From Flavobacteriales bacterium (GTDB lineage: Bacteria; Bacteroidota; Bacteroidia; Flavobacteriales_F; PHOS-HE28), in assembly GCA_016721825.1 (NCBI GenBank), contig JADKHI010000001.1, forward strand, positions 769,084 through 833,083: a stretch of 64,000 nucleotides of DNA, written 5' to 3'. The notes beneath the pieces were generated by a model that was given only the letters and a program-made list of their open reading frames with translations, made no database searches and was not told the DNA's origin. The position numbers were made by a program, and so were the translations under genes. Of the stretch, positions 1-10,636 are shown piece by piece; within the stretch, counting starts at the first letter, position 1; each line of letters opens with the position of its first letter.

Positions 1-1605
1 CGTACCTATATCGATGTGCTCACCAAGCCCTTCCTGAAGGACAACCCCAACTTCGGCGGCAGCGGCTACTATTTCTACGACCTCAACGCCAAGGCCAACT
101 ACCGCATCAGCGACAAGGACCGCGTGTACTTGAGCGGTTACTTCGGGCGCGATGTGTTCGACTTCGGCACCAGCAACCCGGGCGATCCGAAGTTCAAGAT
201 CCCCTGGGGCAACGCCACCGTGGCGGGCCGCTGGAACCACGTGTTCGGGCCCAAGCTCTTCATGAACGCCACCGCCACCTTCAGCGATTACAAGTTCGAG
301 TTCCAAGGGGACCAGGACCAGTTCAGCTTCAGCCTGAAGAGCGGCATTCGCGATTACGGCCTCAAGGTGGACCTGAACCAGTATGCCAGCGTGCAGCACA
401 ACCTGAAGTACGGCGGTCAATACATCAACCACCTCTACACACCCAGCACCGTGGTGGTGGAGAGCGGGGACACCGACTTCAACATCGACACCCCTTCCCG
501 CTTGAAGGCCCATGAAGGTGCCCTCTACATCTCCGACGAGTTCGAAGCCACGGACCGCCTGCTGATCACCGCTGGTCTGCGCCTCACCACCTTCACCCAC
601 GTCGGCTCCTACAACGAGTACATCTTCGACGACCAGGGCGTGCAGACAGGCACCAGGTCATACGCCGCGGGGGAGAAGATCGCGAGCTACGCTGCATTGG
701 AGCCTCGCCTCTCCGCACGCTTCAAGCTGAACAAGAACAGCAGCGTGAAAGCCAGCTACAACCGCGGTCAGCAATACGTGCACCTGGCCAGCTTCAGCAG
801 CATCGCCCTGCCCACCGACGTGTGGATCCCCAGCAGCAAGAACGTGAAGCCCCTCATCGGATCGCAATACGCCGCAGGCTACTACCGCGACTTCGCCGAG
901 CGCATGTTCGAGACCAGTGTGGAGGTCTATTACAAGGACATGCAGAACCTGATCGAATACGCCGAGGGTGTGCAGCCGCAGGACAACGGCAACAACAACT
1001 ACGACGCGAACCTTGTGTTCGGCAAGGGCTACAGCTACGGTGCCGAGTTCTTCGTGAAGAAACGCACCGGCAAGTTGAACGGTTGGGTCGGCTACACTTG
1101 GAGCAAGACCATGCGCATCTTCGACGACATCAACAACGGCGAGGAGTTCCCCAGCCGCTGGGACCGCCGCAACGACATCAGCGTGGTGGTCGGCTACGAC
1201 CATAGTAAGCGCTGGCAGTTCGGCGCCACCTTCGTGTACAGTACCGGTCAGGCGGTCACCTTACCGGTGAACCGTTACTGGATCGAGGGGCGACTGGTGA
1301 GCGAGTACACCCAGCGCAACGGCTACCGTATGGCTCCTTACCACCGCTTGGACCTGGCTGCCACCCTGCACAACCGCGACACCAAGGAAATGACCGACCC
1401 CACCACTGGCGAGGTCACCGAAGTGCCTAGGAAATGGCGCAGCAGCTGGACCTTCTCCGTGTACAACGCCTACAACCGCGCCAACCCCTACTTCATCTAC
1501 TTCGCCAACAGCGGCGTGCCGGCCGAAGGCACCTTCCAGGTCGTGGCCAAGCAGGTGTCGCTCTTCTCCATCCTCCCATCCATCACCTGGAACTTCAACT
1601 TCTGA
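1..1605 (+). CDS. TonB-dependent outer-membrane receptor, C-terminal beta-barrel portion (gene starts upstream of window)
   Basis: ORF is open from nt 1 in frame with 16..1605. Beta-barrel-like Gly/Tyr/Asn-rich repeats. C-terminal NAYNRANPYFIYF...WNFNF is a typical TonB-dependent receptor terminus. Confidence 0.8.
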   Translation, partial: RTYIDVLTKPFLKDNPNFGGSGYYFYDLNAKANYRISDKDRVYLSGYFGRDVFDFGTSNPGDPKFKIPWGNATVAGRWNHVFGPKLFMNATATFSDYKFEFQGDQDQFSFSLKSGIRDYGLKVDLNQYASVQHNLKYGGQYINHLYTPSTVVVESGDTDFNIDTPSRLKAHEGALYISDEFEATDRLLITAGLRLTTFTHVGSYNEYIFDDQGVQTGTRSYAAGEKIASYAALEPRLSARFKLNKNSSVKASYNRGQQYVHLASFSSIALPTDVWIPSSKNVKPLIGSQYAAGYYRDFAERMFETSVEVYYKDMQNLIEYAEGVQPQDNGNNNYDANLVFGKGYSYGAEFFVKKRTGKLNGWVGYTWSKTMRIFDDINNGEEFPSRWDRRNDISVVVGYDHSKRWQFGATFVYSTGQAVTLPVNRYWIEGRLVSEYTQRNGYRMAPYHRLDLAATLHNRDTKEMTDPTTGEVTEVPRKWRSSWTFSVYNAYNRANPYFIYFANSGVPAEGTFQVVAKQVSLFSILPSITWNFNF

Positions 1606-2570
1606 TGCGCAGTTCCATCCTCCCCTTCCTCGCCGTCGCCAGCTTGCTTACGGCCTGCACCAAGGACATTACCGTGGATCTGCCTACAACCGACCCCAAG
1701 CTGGTGGTCGAAGGCACCATCGAGATCGGTGGCCCGCCGCTGGTGATCCTCACCCGCACCCAGAGCTACTTCGACCCGACAAGCTTGGAGAGCATCGCCA
1801 GCATCTTCGTTCGGGATGCGGTGATCACCGTGAGCGATGGCATTACAACCGTTCCTCTGACCCAGATCTGCAGTTCGGCCATCCCCGACTCACTGATCGA
1901 CGAGGCCGCCGCGCTGACCGGCCTGGACCCCGCGCTGCTCGCCAGCGCTGACATCTGCATCTACGCGTACACCGGCAACGATTTCCTAGGCGTGGAAGGC
2001 CGGACCTACAGCCTGAACATCGATGCCGGCGGTGAGCTCGCCAGCAGCGTCACCAGCATACCCTACGCGGTGGCGTTGGATTCGCTCTGGTTCCGCTTGG
2101 CGCAGCAGCAACCGGACGACGACAGCCTGGGCTTCATCTACGCCACGCTCACCGACCCGGATACCATGGGCAACGCCTATCGCTGGTTCGCCAAGCGCAT
2201 CAACCAGGACTACGACGGCGACCAGAAAGATGACCAGTTCATCGCCCCGCTCTTCTCCGTGTTCGAGGACCGATACATCAATGCCCTCACCTTCGACTTC
2301 AACTTCAACAGAGGCAGCAGTCAATACAGTTCCGATGAGGACGATGAGAACGAGGAGGCCGGCTATTTCAAGCGCGGCGATACGGTGGTGGTGAAATTCG
2401 TGAGCATCGGCATCCCTGAGTTCCAGTTCTACAACACCTACGCGAACAACGTGGCCTCCCAAGGTGACCTGTTCAGCACCCCGGCCAACGCGCGCACCAA
2501 CATCTCCGGCGGGCTGGGCGTGTGGGCCGGCTACGCCCAAGCCATCGACACGATGGTCTGCGTTCCCTGA
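1605..2570 (+). CDS. DUF4249-family lipoprotein (partner of TonB-dependent receptor)
   Basis: ATG at 1605 overlaps the receptor stop (TGATG). Signal peptide with lipobox LLTAC. Position immediately downstream of a TonB receptor is typical of DUF4249 proteins in Bacteroidota. Confidence 0.55.
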   Translation: MRSSILPFLAVASLLTACTKDITVDLPTTDPKLVVEGTIEIGGPPLVILTRTQSYFDPTSLESIASIFVRDAVITVSDGITTVPLTQICSSAIPDSLIDEAAALTGLDPALLASADICIYAYTGNDFLGVEGRTYSLNIDAGGELASSVTSIPYAVALDSLWFRLAQQQPDDDSLGFIYATLTDPDTMGNAYRWFAKRINQDYDGDQKDDQFIAPLFSVFEDRYINALTFDFNFNRGSSQYSSDEDDENEEAGYFKRGDTVVVKFVSIGIPEFQFYNTYANNVASQGDLFSTPANARTNISGGLGVWAGYAQAIDTMVCVP

Positions 2571-2646
2571 CAGCCGTCCAAGGGAGTGATGGGCGTCACC
2601 CGGTGGTCGCCCCCGCAGCCGCTACATTTGCGGCCCGAACACACCC

Positions 2647-3597
2647 ATGAACACCGCTCCCGAACATGTGAAGTGCCTGATCATCGGATCAGGTCCCGCA
2701 GGCTACTCAGCCGCCATCTATGCCGCACGCGCCGACCTGAAACCGGTGATGATCGAAGGCCCACTGCCCGGCGGCCAGCTCACTCAGACCACCGAAGTGG
2801 ACAACTACCCGGGCTACCCGAACGGGCGCAGCGGACCCGAAATGATGGAGGACCTGAAGGCCCAGGCCAAGCGCTTCGATACCGATGTGCGCAACGGCTG
2901 GGTGACCAAGGTGGACTTCAGCGGCCCTGTGCACAAGGTGTGGGTGGATGAGAAGACCGAGATCCATGCCGATTCCATCATCATCAGCACCGGCGCCAGC
3001 GCCAAGTGGCTGGGCCTGCCCAACGAGATCCGCCTGCGCGACATCGGTGGCGGCGTAACGGCCTGTGCGGTGTGTGATGGCTTCTTCTTCAAAGGCCAGA
3101 CCGTGGCCCTGGTGGGCGCAGGTGATACCGCCTGCGAAGAAGCTTCCTACCTCGCCAAGCTCTGTCCCAAGGTCTACATGCTTGTGCGTAAGAACGAGTT
3201 CCGCGCCAGCAAGGCCATGGTGCACCGCGTGGAGAACACGCCCAACATCGAGGTCCTCTTCAACACCGAAGTGAAGGACGTGCTCGGCGAACACGGTGTG
3301 GATGGTCTGCTTGCCATCAACAACGTCACCGGCGAAGAGCGCAAGCTCGACATCACCGGCCTCTTCGTTGCCATCGGCCACAAGCCCGCCACCGACCTCT
3401 TCAAGGACTGGTTGGACATGGATGATGCCGGTTACCTGCGGCACGATGCCGACCGCACCAGCACCAAAGTGCCCGGCGTGTTCGTGGCGGGCGATGCGGC
3501 TGATAAGGTGTACCGCCAAGCGGTGACCTCGGCCGGAACGGGTTGCATGGCGGCGCTCGATGCCGAGCGCTACCTCGCGGCCAAAGGGATCCATTGA
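2647..3597 (+). CDS. trxB: thioredoxin-disulfide reductase
   Basis: GSGPAGYSAAIYAARA FAD motif, CAVCD redox-active disulfide motif, second Rossmann GAGD/GGG motif. 316 aa. Confidence 0.92.
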   Translation: MNTAPEHVKCLIIGSGPAGYSAAIYAARADLKPVMIEGPLPGGQLTQTTEVDNYPGYPNGRSGPEMMEDLKAQAKRFDTDVRNGWVTKVDFSGPVHKVWVDEKTEIHADSIIISTGASAKWLGLPNEIRLRDIGGGVTACAVCDGFFFKGQTVALVGAGDTACEEASYLAKLCPKVYMLVRKNEFRASKAMVHRVENTPNIEVLFNTEVKDVLGEHGVDGLLAINNVTGEERKLDITGLFVAIGHKPATDLFKDWLDMDDAGYLRHDADRTSTKVPGVFVAGDAADKVYRQAVTSAGTGCMAALDAERYLAAKGIH

Positions 3598-3607
3598 TGC
3601 CACGGTC

Positions 3608-4936
3608 ATGAGCCGGTCAGCCCACCTGCTGATCATCGACGATGAGCCCCAGCTGCGTAACATGCTGCAGAGGCTCTTCGCCAGCGAGGGCTATGCCGTG
3701 ACCACCGCCGAGACCGGCGCCCAGGCCATGCAACGGCTGAAGGCCCAGCGCTTCCACGTGGTGCTCTGCGATGTGAAGCTGCCGGATGCCAACGGCGTGG
3801 AGCTCACCGGCGCCATCAAGGCCCAGCAGCCCGATGCGGAGGTGATCGTGTTCACGGCTTTCGGCAACATCCCTGATGCGGTGCGGGCCGTGCAGAACGG
3901 TGCCTTCCACTACCTGGTGAAGGGCGACGACAACGACAAGCTGATCCCGACCGCAAGCCGCGCGCTCGCAAAAGCGCAGGCCCAGCAGCAGGTGGAGAAG
4001 AGCTCCCATGCCGATCCCTTCGACGCGGTCACGGGTCGCACGCCCGCCATACAGCAGGTGGTGGCGTTGGCCCGGAAGGTCGCACCCACCGACACCTCCG
4101 TGTTGCTCACCGGTGCCACAGGAACCGGCAAGGAAGTGTTCGCGCAAGCGATCCATGCGGCAAGCGCCCGGGAGAAGAAACCCTTCGTGGCCGTTAACTG
4201 CGGTGCCCTCAGTCGTGAACTCCTAGAGAGCGAGCTGTTCGGCCATGTGGCTGGCGCCTTCACCGGAGCGCTGAAGGACCGCAAAGGCCTTGTGGAAACG
4301 GCGAAGGGGGGAACGCTCTTCCTCGACGAGATCGGTGAGCTGCCGCTGGACCTGCAGGCCAAGCTATTGCGCGTGCTAGAGACCGGCGACTACCTACGCG
4401 TGGGCGACACCGCACCACAGAAAGCAGATGTGCGCATCATCGCGGCCACGCACCACGACCTGCTACAGGAGAGCTCCGAAGGCCGCTTCCGCCAGGACCT
4501 GTACTATCGCCTCGCCACCTTCACCCTGCGCCTACCGTCGTTGGTGGAGCGGAGATCCGACATACCGCTGCTGGCCGAGGTCTTCATTGAACGCTTCGCG
4601 GCCAAACTGAAGAAGCCGATAACCGGCGTTGACGCTGATGTGAAGATGCGACTGCTGAACTACACCTGGCCCGGACAAGTGCGAGAGCTCCGCAACGTCA
4701 TCGAACGCGCGTGCATCCTCAGCGATGGTCCACTGCTCGATGCGGCCTCACTGCCGCTGGAAGTGCTGGGCCTCCCCGAACAAAAGACCGGAGCGATATA
4801 CGAACTCGAACAGATCGAGCGCGAGCACATCCGCCGCGTGCTCGCCCACACCGGCGGCAACAAGACGCTGGCCGCCGAGCTGCTCGGCATCGGCCTCACC
4901 ACGTTGTATGCGAAGGTGAAGCGTTTCGACCCCTGA
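3608..4936 (+). CDS. sigma-54-dependent response regulator (NtrC/Fis family): receiver, AAA+ sigma-54 activator and HTH domains
   Basis: Receiver domain LLIIDDEP...D. AAA+ Walker A LTGATGTGKE and ESELFGH/GAFTGA motif. C-terminal Fis-type HTH GNKTLAAELLGIGLTTLY. Start chosen at ATG 3608 after the trxB stop. Confidence 0.85.
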   Translation: MSRSAHLLIIDDEPQLRNMLQRLFASEGYAVTTAETGAQAMQRLKAQRFHVVLCDVKLPDANGVELTGAIKAQQPDAEVIVFTAFGNIPDAVRAVQNGAFHYLVKGDDNDKLIPTASRALAKAQAQQQVEKSSHADPFDAVTGRTPAIQQVVALARKVAPTDTSVLLTGATGTGKEVFAQAIHAASAREKKPFVAVNCGALSRELLESELFGHVAGAFTGALKDRKGLVETAKGGTLFLDEIGELPLDLQAKLLRVLETGDYLRVGDTAPQKADVRIIAATHHDLLQESSEGRFRQDLYYRLATFTLRLPSLVERRSDIPLLAEVFIERFAAKLKKPITGVDADVKMRLLNYTWPGQVRELRNVIERACILSDGPLLDAASLPLEVLGLPEQKTGAIYELEQIEREHIRRVLAHTGGNKTLAAELLGIGLTTLYAKVKRFDP

Positions 4937-5080
4937 CCCTTCCATTCCTGCACCGCACCCTTCCATTTCGGCAGGGTCGCTGAGTAGCTGCTCGTTCATC
5001 CGGCCCGCATCCATCCTACGCCCGATGGGCGTTCCTTGCTATTCGTTCGTTCCGGGCATTCCATTCGCCAATGGCGCGGC

Positions 5081-5170
5081 ATGGACATCCTCACACTGCT
5101 GTTGGTCGCCGCCGGTCTGCTCGGTTTCGCGCTGTGCTACCGGTGCATCAACTGGTTCGAAAAGATCTGA
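5081..5170 (+). CDS. unannotated 29-aa single-TM hydrophobic peptide (MDILTLLLVAAGLLGFALCYRCINWFEKI), candidate KdpF-like or leader peptide
   Basis: ATG at 5081, TGA at 5168-5170, read directly from the sequence. Below the ORF-track length cutoff. Lies immediately upstream of kdpF on the same strand. Confidence 0.3.
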   Translation: MDILTLLLVAAGLLGFALCYRCINWFEKI

Positions 5171-5174
5171 TCCC

Positions 5175-5252
5175 ATGATCGCGCTGCTCATCGTTTCCAT
5201 CCTCCTCTTCGCCTACATGTGCTACGTGCTGGTGAAACCAGAAAAGTTCTGA
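5175..5252 (+). CDS. kdpF: potassium-transporting ATPase subunit F
   Basis: 25-aa peptide MIALLIVSILLFAYMCYVLVKPEKF. The single TM helix and PEKF ending are typical of KdpF. Located 5 nt before kdpA. Confidence 0.6.
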   Translation: MIALLIVSILLFAYMCYVLVKPEKF

Positions 5253-5256
5253 CACC

Positions 5257-6954
5257 ATGATGAACACTGAACTCTTCGGCATTGTGACCATGTTCATGGT
5301 CGCCTTGCTCCTCGCCATCCCACTAGGGCGCTATATCGCCCGCGTTTACAGCGGCGAACGTTCGCTGCTGGACCTTGTGATGGGTCCGTTGGAGCGTCTC
5401 TTCTTCCGTGCCTCGGGCATCGACTCCAAGCGCGAGATGGACTGGAAGGAGCATTTGAAGGTGTTGCTCACCATCAACATGGTCTGGTTCCTCTGGGCAA
5501 TGTTCGTGTTGACCAACCAGGGCTGGCTGCCTTGGAACCCGGACGGCAATCCAAGCATGAGCGCCGATCTGGCCTTCAATACGGCCATCAGCTTCGTGGT
5601 GAATTGCAACCTGCAGCACTACAGCGGCGAATCGGGTGCCACCTACTTCAGCCAGATCTTCGGCTTGATGTTCCTGCAGTTCGTGAGCGCAGGGACGGGC
5701 ATGGCCGCTGCGGCGATGGTCTTCAACGCATTGAAGCAGCGCACCGCCGCCAAGCTTGGCAACTTCTACGACTACTTCCTGAAGAGCATGACGCGCGTGC
5801 TACTTCCGATATCGCTCGTAGTGGCCGTACTGCTGATGTTCAACGGCACACCGCAAACCGTCGAAGGCAAGGACAGCATCGTGACGCTGCAAGGCGATAG
5901 TGTGCAGGTCTCACGTGGGCCGGTCGCGGGTTTCGTTGCGATCAAGCATTTAGGCACCAACGGCGGTGGCTACTACGGAGCGAACAGTGCGCATCCGCTG
6001 GAGAACCCGAGCTACTTCACCAACATGGTGGAGATGGTAGCGCAGTTGATCATCCCCTTCGCGATGGTCTTCGCCTTGGGCTTCTACCTGAAGCGGAAAC
6101 GGTTCGCGTGGATGGTCTTCGGTGTGATGACGGTCGGCTTCCTGCTGCTCGCCGTTCCGAACATCATCATGGAAGTGAACGGCAACCCGAACATCACGGC
6201 CATGGGCATCGACCAGACCACGGGTGCCATGGAAGGCAAGGAAGTGCGTTTCGGTGCAGCGGCCTCGGGTTTCTGGAGCATCGTGACCACGGTGATCAGC
6301 ACCGGCTCGGTGAACGCGATGCACGATAGTACCATGCCCTTGAGCGGCATGAACGAGCTGCTGGCCATGATGACCAATGCATTCTACGGCGGGGCGGGCG
6401 TAGGCATCCTCAACTTCTTCGTCTTCATCGTCCTCGCTGTGTTCATCAGCGGCCTCATGGTGGGCCGTACGCCGGAGTTCATGGGCAAGAAGATCGAGGC
6501 ACGCGAAATGAAGATCGCGATGATCATCGCGCTGTTGCACCCGTTCTTGATCCTCACCGGCACGGCACTCGCGGCCTACGGCATCACCCACACGCCGGAC
6601 CACGCCTGGTTGAACAACCCCGGTTCGCACGGCTTCAGTGAGATGCTCTACGAATACACCAGCGCTTCCGCCAACAACGGCAGTGGCTTCGAGGGCCTTG
6701 GCGACAACACGCCGTGGTGGAACATCAGCACGGGCATCATCCTGCTGCTCTCGCGCTTCCTGCCGATCATCGGGCCGCTGGCGATCGCTGGCCTGCTCGC
6801 ACAGAAGAAGTACATCCCCGAAAGCGCGGGCACATTGAAAACGGACACCGGCACCTTCGGCGTGGTTGTGTTCGCCGTGATCGCCATCGTGGCCGCACTC
6901 TCGTTCTTCCCGGCGCTCGCCTTGGGCCCCATCGCCGAATACCTCAGCTTCTGA
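5257..6954 (+). CDS. kdpA: potassium-transporting ATPase subunit A
   Basis: 565 aa, about 10 TM segments. The N-terminus and overall sequence match the KdpA family. Confidence 0.95.
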   Translation: MMNTELFGIVTMFMVALLLAIPLGRYIARVYSGERSLLDLVMGPLERLFFRASGIDSKREMDWKEHLKVLLTINMVWFLWAMFVLTNQGWLPWNPDGNPSMSADLAFNTAISFVVNCNLQHYSGESGATYFSQIFGLMFLQFVSAGTGMAAAAMVFNALKQRTAAKLGNFYDYFLKSMTRVLLPISLVVAVLLMFNGTPQTVEGKDSIVTLQGDSVQVSRGPVAGFVAIKHLGTNGGGYYGANSAHPLENPSYFTNMVEMVAQLIIPFAMVFALGFYLKRKRFAWMVFGVMTVGFLLLAVPNIIMEVNGNPNITAMGIDQTTGAMEGKEVRFGAAASGFWSIVTTVISTGSVNAMHDSTMPLSGMNELLAMMTNAFYGGAGVGILNFFVFIVLAVFISGLMVGRTPEFMGKKIEAREMKIAMIIALLHPFLILTGTALAAYGITHTPDHAWLNNPGSHGFSEMLYEYTSASANNGSGFEGLGDNTPWWNISTGIILLLSRFLPIIGPLAIAGLLAQKKYIPESAGTLKTDTGTFGVVVFAVIAIVAALSFFPALALGPIAEYLSF

Positions 6955-6958
6955 TCCC

Positions 6959-8995
6959 ATGAACGCTCAACAACCGACTTCGCTTTTTCAACGCGCGCTG
7001 GTCATGGAGGCTGTGAAGCAGTCCTTCGTGAAGCTCGACCCTCGCATCCTGATGCGCAACCCGGTGATGTTCACCGTCGAAGTTGGCACAGCGGTGATGC
7101 TCGTCGTCTCGCTCTGGGTGCTCTTCGGCGGAGGTGGCTCACAGGGCACCCTGGGCTACAACATCGCCATCTTCCTGCTCCTGTTCCTCACCCTGCTCTT
7201 CGCCAACTTCGCCGAGGCCATCGCCGAAGCGCGCGGAAAGGCGCAGGCCAATTCGCTGCGGAAGACCCGCGAGGAAACGCCGGCGAAAGTCGTGGGAGCG
7301 GATGGGAAGATCACGCTGCGTTCCTCCAGCGACCTGCGCAAGGGCGATGTGTTCGTGTGCGAGGCCGGTGACCTGATCGCAACGGACGGCGAGATCATCG
7401 AGGGCCTCGCCAGCATCGACGAGAGCGCCATCACGGGTGAAAGCGCGCCGGTGATCCGCGAGGCTGGCGGAGACAAGAGCTCTGTCACGGGTGGCACGAA
7501 GGTGCTGAGCGATCGCGTTAAAGTCCGCGTGACCAATGAGCCCGGTGAAAGCTTCCTGGACCGCATGATCGCGCTGGTGGAAGGCGCCAGCAGGCAGAAG
7601 ACCCCGAACGAGATCGCGTTGACCATCTTGCTCGCGGGCTTCACACTGGTGTTCATCATCGTGTGTGTCACGCTACAGCCTTTTGCGGGTTATGCGAACG
7701 CCACCGTGACCATCGCGGCGCTCGTTTCACTTTTCGTGTGCCTGATCCCCACCACGATCGGCGGGTTGTTGAGCGCCATCGGCATCGCGGGCATGGACCG
7801 TGCGCTGCGAGCCAACGTGATCACCAAGAGCGGCAAGGCGGTGGAAACGGCGGGCGACATCGACGTGCTGTTGTTGGACAAGACCGGCACCATCACCATC
7901 GGCAACCGCAAGGCCACGGCCTTTCATCCGGCAGCGGGCGTTGACCGGAACATGTTCATCCGTTCGTGTGTGCTCGGTTCACTGGCCGACGAAACACCCG
8001 AGGGCAAGAGCATCTTGGAGCTTGCCGGTGCGGATGTCACCCGTGGGCTTTCGTTGGACGGCGCCGAGCTGATCAAGTTCACAGCGGAAACGCGCAGCAG
8101 TGGTGTGGATATGCCCAACGGTCAACGCATCCGGAAAGGCGCGCAGGATGCGATGAAGAGGTTGGCCGAACGTGCTGGCAACAACGTACCCAGCGATGTG
8201 GACACTGAAGTGAAGCGCATCGCAAGCAACGGCGGAACGCCCTTGGTGGTCGCCGAGAACGATCGCATCTTCGGCTGCATCGAATTGCAGGACATCATCA
8301 AGCCCGGCATCAGCGAACGCTTCGAACGCCTGCGGAAGATGGGCGTGAAGACCGTGATGGTCACGGGTGACAACCCGCTCACCGCGAAGTTCATCGCACA
8401 GAAGGCCGGTGTGGACGACTACATCGCCGAGGCCACACCCGAGGACAAGATGGCCTACATCAAGAAGGAACAACAGAGCGGCCGTCTGGTGGCCATGATG
8501 GGCGATGGAACGAACGATGCGCCCGCCCTTGCACAAGCGGATGTGGGTGTGGCCATGAACAGCGGTACCGCGCCCGCCAAGGAAGCCGGCAACATGGTGG
8601 ACCTGGACAACGACCCCACCAAGCTCATCGAGATCGTGGAGATCGGCAAGCAGTTGCTGATGACACGCGGCACGCTCACCACCTTCAGCATCGCGAACGA
8701 CGTGGCGAAGTACTTCGCCATCGTGCCCGCGCTCTTCATCGCCAGCATCCCGGCCTTGCAGGGGCTCAACATCATGCACTTGAGCAGTCCGGAGAGCGCC
8801 ATCCTTTCAGCCGTGATCTTCAACGCGCTGATCATCCCCGCCCTCATCCCGCTGGCATTGAAAGGTGTGGCCTACAAGCCCATCGGGGCCTCCGCCATCC
8901 TGCGCCGCAACCTGATGATCTACGGCGTTGGTGGCCTCATCGTGCCCTTCATCGGCATCAAGGCCATCGATCTGGTCGTTTCCCTCTTCATCTGA
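6959..8995 (+). CDS. kdpB: potassium-transporting ATPase subunit B (P-type ATPase)
   Basis: DKTGTIT phosphorylation motif, [26 protein letters not shown] hinge motif. 678 aa. Confidence 0.95.
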   Translation: MNAQQPTSLFQRALVMEAVKQSFVKLDPRILMRNPVMFTVEVGTAVMLVVSLWVLFGGGGSQGTLGYNIAIFLLLFLTLLFANFAEAIAEARGKAQANSLRKTREETPAKVVGADGKITLRSSSDLRKGDVFVCEAGDLIATDGEIIEGLASIDESAITGESAPVIREAGGDKSSVTGGTKVLSDRVKVRVTNEPGESFLDRMIALVEGASRQKTPNEIALTILLAGFTLVFIIVCVTLQPFAGYANATVTIAALVSLFVCLIPTTIGGLLSAIGIAGMDRALRANVITKSGKAVETAGDIDVLLLDKTGTITIGNRKATAFHPAAGVDRNMFIRSCVLGSLADETPEGKSILELAGADVTRGLSLDGAELIKFTAETRSSGVDMPNGQRIRKGAQDAMKRLAERAGNNVPSDVDTEVKRIASNGGTPLVVAENDRIFGCIELQDIIKPGISERFERLRKMGVKTVMVTGDNPLTAKFIAQKAGVDDYIAEATPEDKMAYIKKEQQSGRLVAMMGDGTNDAPALAQADVGVAMNSGTAPAKEAGNMVDLDNDPTKLIEIVEIGKQLLMTRGTLTTFSIANDVAKYFAIVPALFIASIPALQGLNIMHLSSPESAILSAVIFNALIIPALIPLALKGVAYKPIGASAILRRNLMIYGVGGLIVPFIGIKAIDLVVSLFI

Positions 8996-9002
8996 TCCAA
9001 CA

Positions 9003-9566
9003 ATGAAACAGCACCTCCTTCCCGCCATCAAACTGACGCTGATCTGCCTGATCTTCTTCAGTGGCCTCTATACGGTGATCCTGTTGGGCATCGCGAAGCT
9101 CACGCCGAACGGCGGCAACGCCGGGACCGTGGACCACGCTGGCAGCACGCAATACACCAACCTGGCGCAGTCGTTCACTGATGACGGCTACTTCTGGAGC
9201 CGTCCCAGTGCGGTGGGCTACAACGCCGCCGGTTCCGCGGGCAGCAACAAAGGGCCCACGAACCCGGACTACCTGGCCACCGTGCAAGCACGCATCGACA
9301 CGTTCGTGGTGCACAACCCCAGCGTGCAAAAGGCCGATATCCCGAGCGAACTGGTCACGGCCAGCGGAAGTGGCCTCGATCCGCACCTGAGCGTGAAGGC
9401 CGCGAACGTGCAGTCGCAGCGGATCGCACTGAGCCGTGGCCTTTCACAAGATGTCGTGCATCAGCTGATCATTGAACATACCGACGGACCTTTGCTCGGG
9501 CTGTTCGGTCCTGCCACGGTGAACGTACTGGAACTCAACATGGCGCTGGACGCCGCAACCAAATGA
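9003..9566 (+). CDS. kdpC: potassium-transporting ATPase subunit C
   Basis: Start at ATG 9003 just after the kdpB stop. N-terminal TM helix followed by a periplasmic domain typical of KdpC. Stop overlaps the next start (ATGA). Confidence 0.9.
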   Translation: MKQHLLPAIKLTLICLIFFSGLYTVILLGIAKLTPNGGNAGTVDHAGSTQYTNLAQSFTDDGYFWSRPSAVGYNAAGSAGSNKGPTNPDYLATVQARIDTFVVHNPSVQKADIPSELVTASGSGLDPHLSVKAANVQSQRIALSRGLSQDVVHQLIIEHTDGPLLGLFGPATVNVLELNMALDAATK

Positions 9567-10636
9567 AACGCATCTGCCTCCTGCCCGCCATGGGCATCTG
9601 TCTTTCCACTACCGCGCAGCAACTCGACAGCGCCATTACCCTGAGCGCCTATGCCGAGGCCTATTACAGCTTCGATCTGGCGCAACCGGACGACCACCTG
9701 CGGCCGGGCTTCTTCTACAGTTACAACCGCCACAACGAGGTCAACCTGAACATGGGCATGATCAAGCTGGCCTATGCGAAGGACAACGTGCGCGGCAACA
9801 TCGCCCTGATGGCAGGGACCTACCCCCAGTACAACCTGGCTGCCGAGCCTGAACTTTTGCGCAGTGTGTTCGAAGCGAACGTCGGGGTGAAACTGAGCAA
9901 GACGAGGAACCTGTGGCTCGATGCGGGCATCATGCCCAGTCACATCGGTTTCGAGAGCGCCATCGGTAAGGACTGCTGGAACCTCACGCGAAGCATCCTG
10001 GCGGACAACACACCCTACTACGAGGCCGGTGCACGCGTCAGCTATACCAGCAATAACGCGAAATGGTACGCCAGTGGGCTGTTGCTGAACGGGTGGCAGC
10101 GGATCGCCCGGGTGGATGGGAACAATACGCCTTCTTTCGGCACACAGCTGACCTACAAACCGAACGGCAATACCACGCTCAACTGGAGCACTTTCATCGG
10201 CAACGACAAGCCGGACACCGTGAGCCAGTCGCGCATCTTCAACAACCTCTACGCCCAGCTACAGCTCACCGAGCGTTTCGGACTGATCGTGGGCTGCGAC
10301 ATCGGCATGGAGCAGGCCGCTAGCGGGGACAGCAGCAGCACGTGGATCACACCGATCCTCATCCCCCGCTATAAGCTCGGGGAGAAGAGCTACCTCGCGG
10401 CCCGCTTGGAATACTACCAGGATGAACAGGGCGTGATCATCGCCACGGGCAGCCCCAACGGGTTCCAGACCATCGGCTATTCGCTGAACTTCGACCATTG
10501 GGTGAGCCCCAATGTCCTTTGGCGCATCGAGGCACGCAGCCTCAGCAGTGAGGACAAGATCTTCGTGGACGCTGACGGTGATCCCACCACCACCAACACG
10601 TTCTTCACCGCCAGCATCGCCATCACCCTGCCGTGA
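9563..10636 (+). CDS. outer-membrane beta-barrel porin encoded within the kdp operon
   Basis: Signal peptide MKRICLLPAMGICLSTTAQ. Alternating beta-strand pattern. Translationally coupled to kdpC (ATGA) and to the KdpD gene (GTGA). Bacteroidota kdp operons commonly carry a porin at this position. Confidence 0.6.
   Translation: MKRICLLPAMGICLSTTAQQLDSAITLSAYAEAYYSFDLAQPDDHLRPGFFYSYNRHNEVNLNMGMIKLAYAKDNVRGNIALMAGTYPQYNLAAEPELLRSVFEANVGVKLSKTRNLWLDAGIMPSHIGFESAIGKDCWNLTRSILADNTPYYEAGARVSYTSNNAKWYASGLLLNGWQRIARVDGNNTPSFGTQLTYKPNGNTTLNWSTFIGNDKPDTVSQSRIFNNLYAQLQLTERFGLIVGCDIGMEQAASGDSSSTWITPILIPRYKLGEKSYLAARLEYYQDEQGVIIATGSPNGFQTIGYSLNFDHWVSPNVLWRIEARSLSSEDKIFVDADGDPTTTNTFFTASIAITLP

Noticed and set aside
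658-1203. Long antisense or alternative-frame ORFs inside well-supported genes: 658..1203, 2707..3663, 3617..4156, 5950..6960, 10477..11721, 37461..38408, 38592..39341, 39316..40250, 42543..44117, 43016..43966, 59514..60680, 60891..61877.
   Set aside because: These are Arg/Ala/Gly-rich low-complexity translations typical of the reverse strand of high-GC coding DNA, and they fully overlap genes with strong homology.
5021-5045. Candidate sigma-54 (-24/-12) promoter TGGGCG-N4-TTGCT upstream of the kdp peptides, which the NtrC-type regulator would require.
   Set aside because: Spacing between the GG and GC elements is one nucleotide shorter than the strict TGGCAC-N5-TTGC geometry, and the -24 box is imperfect. 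No other convincing GG-N10-GC match exists in 4937-5080. Not called as a feature.
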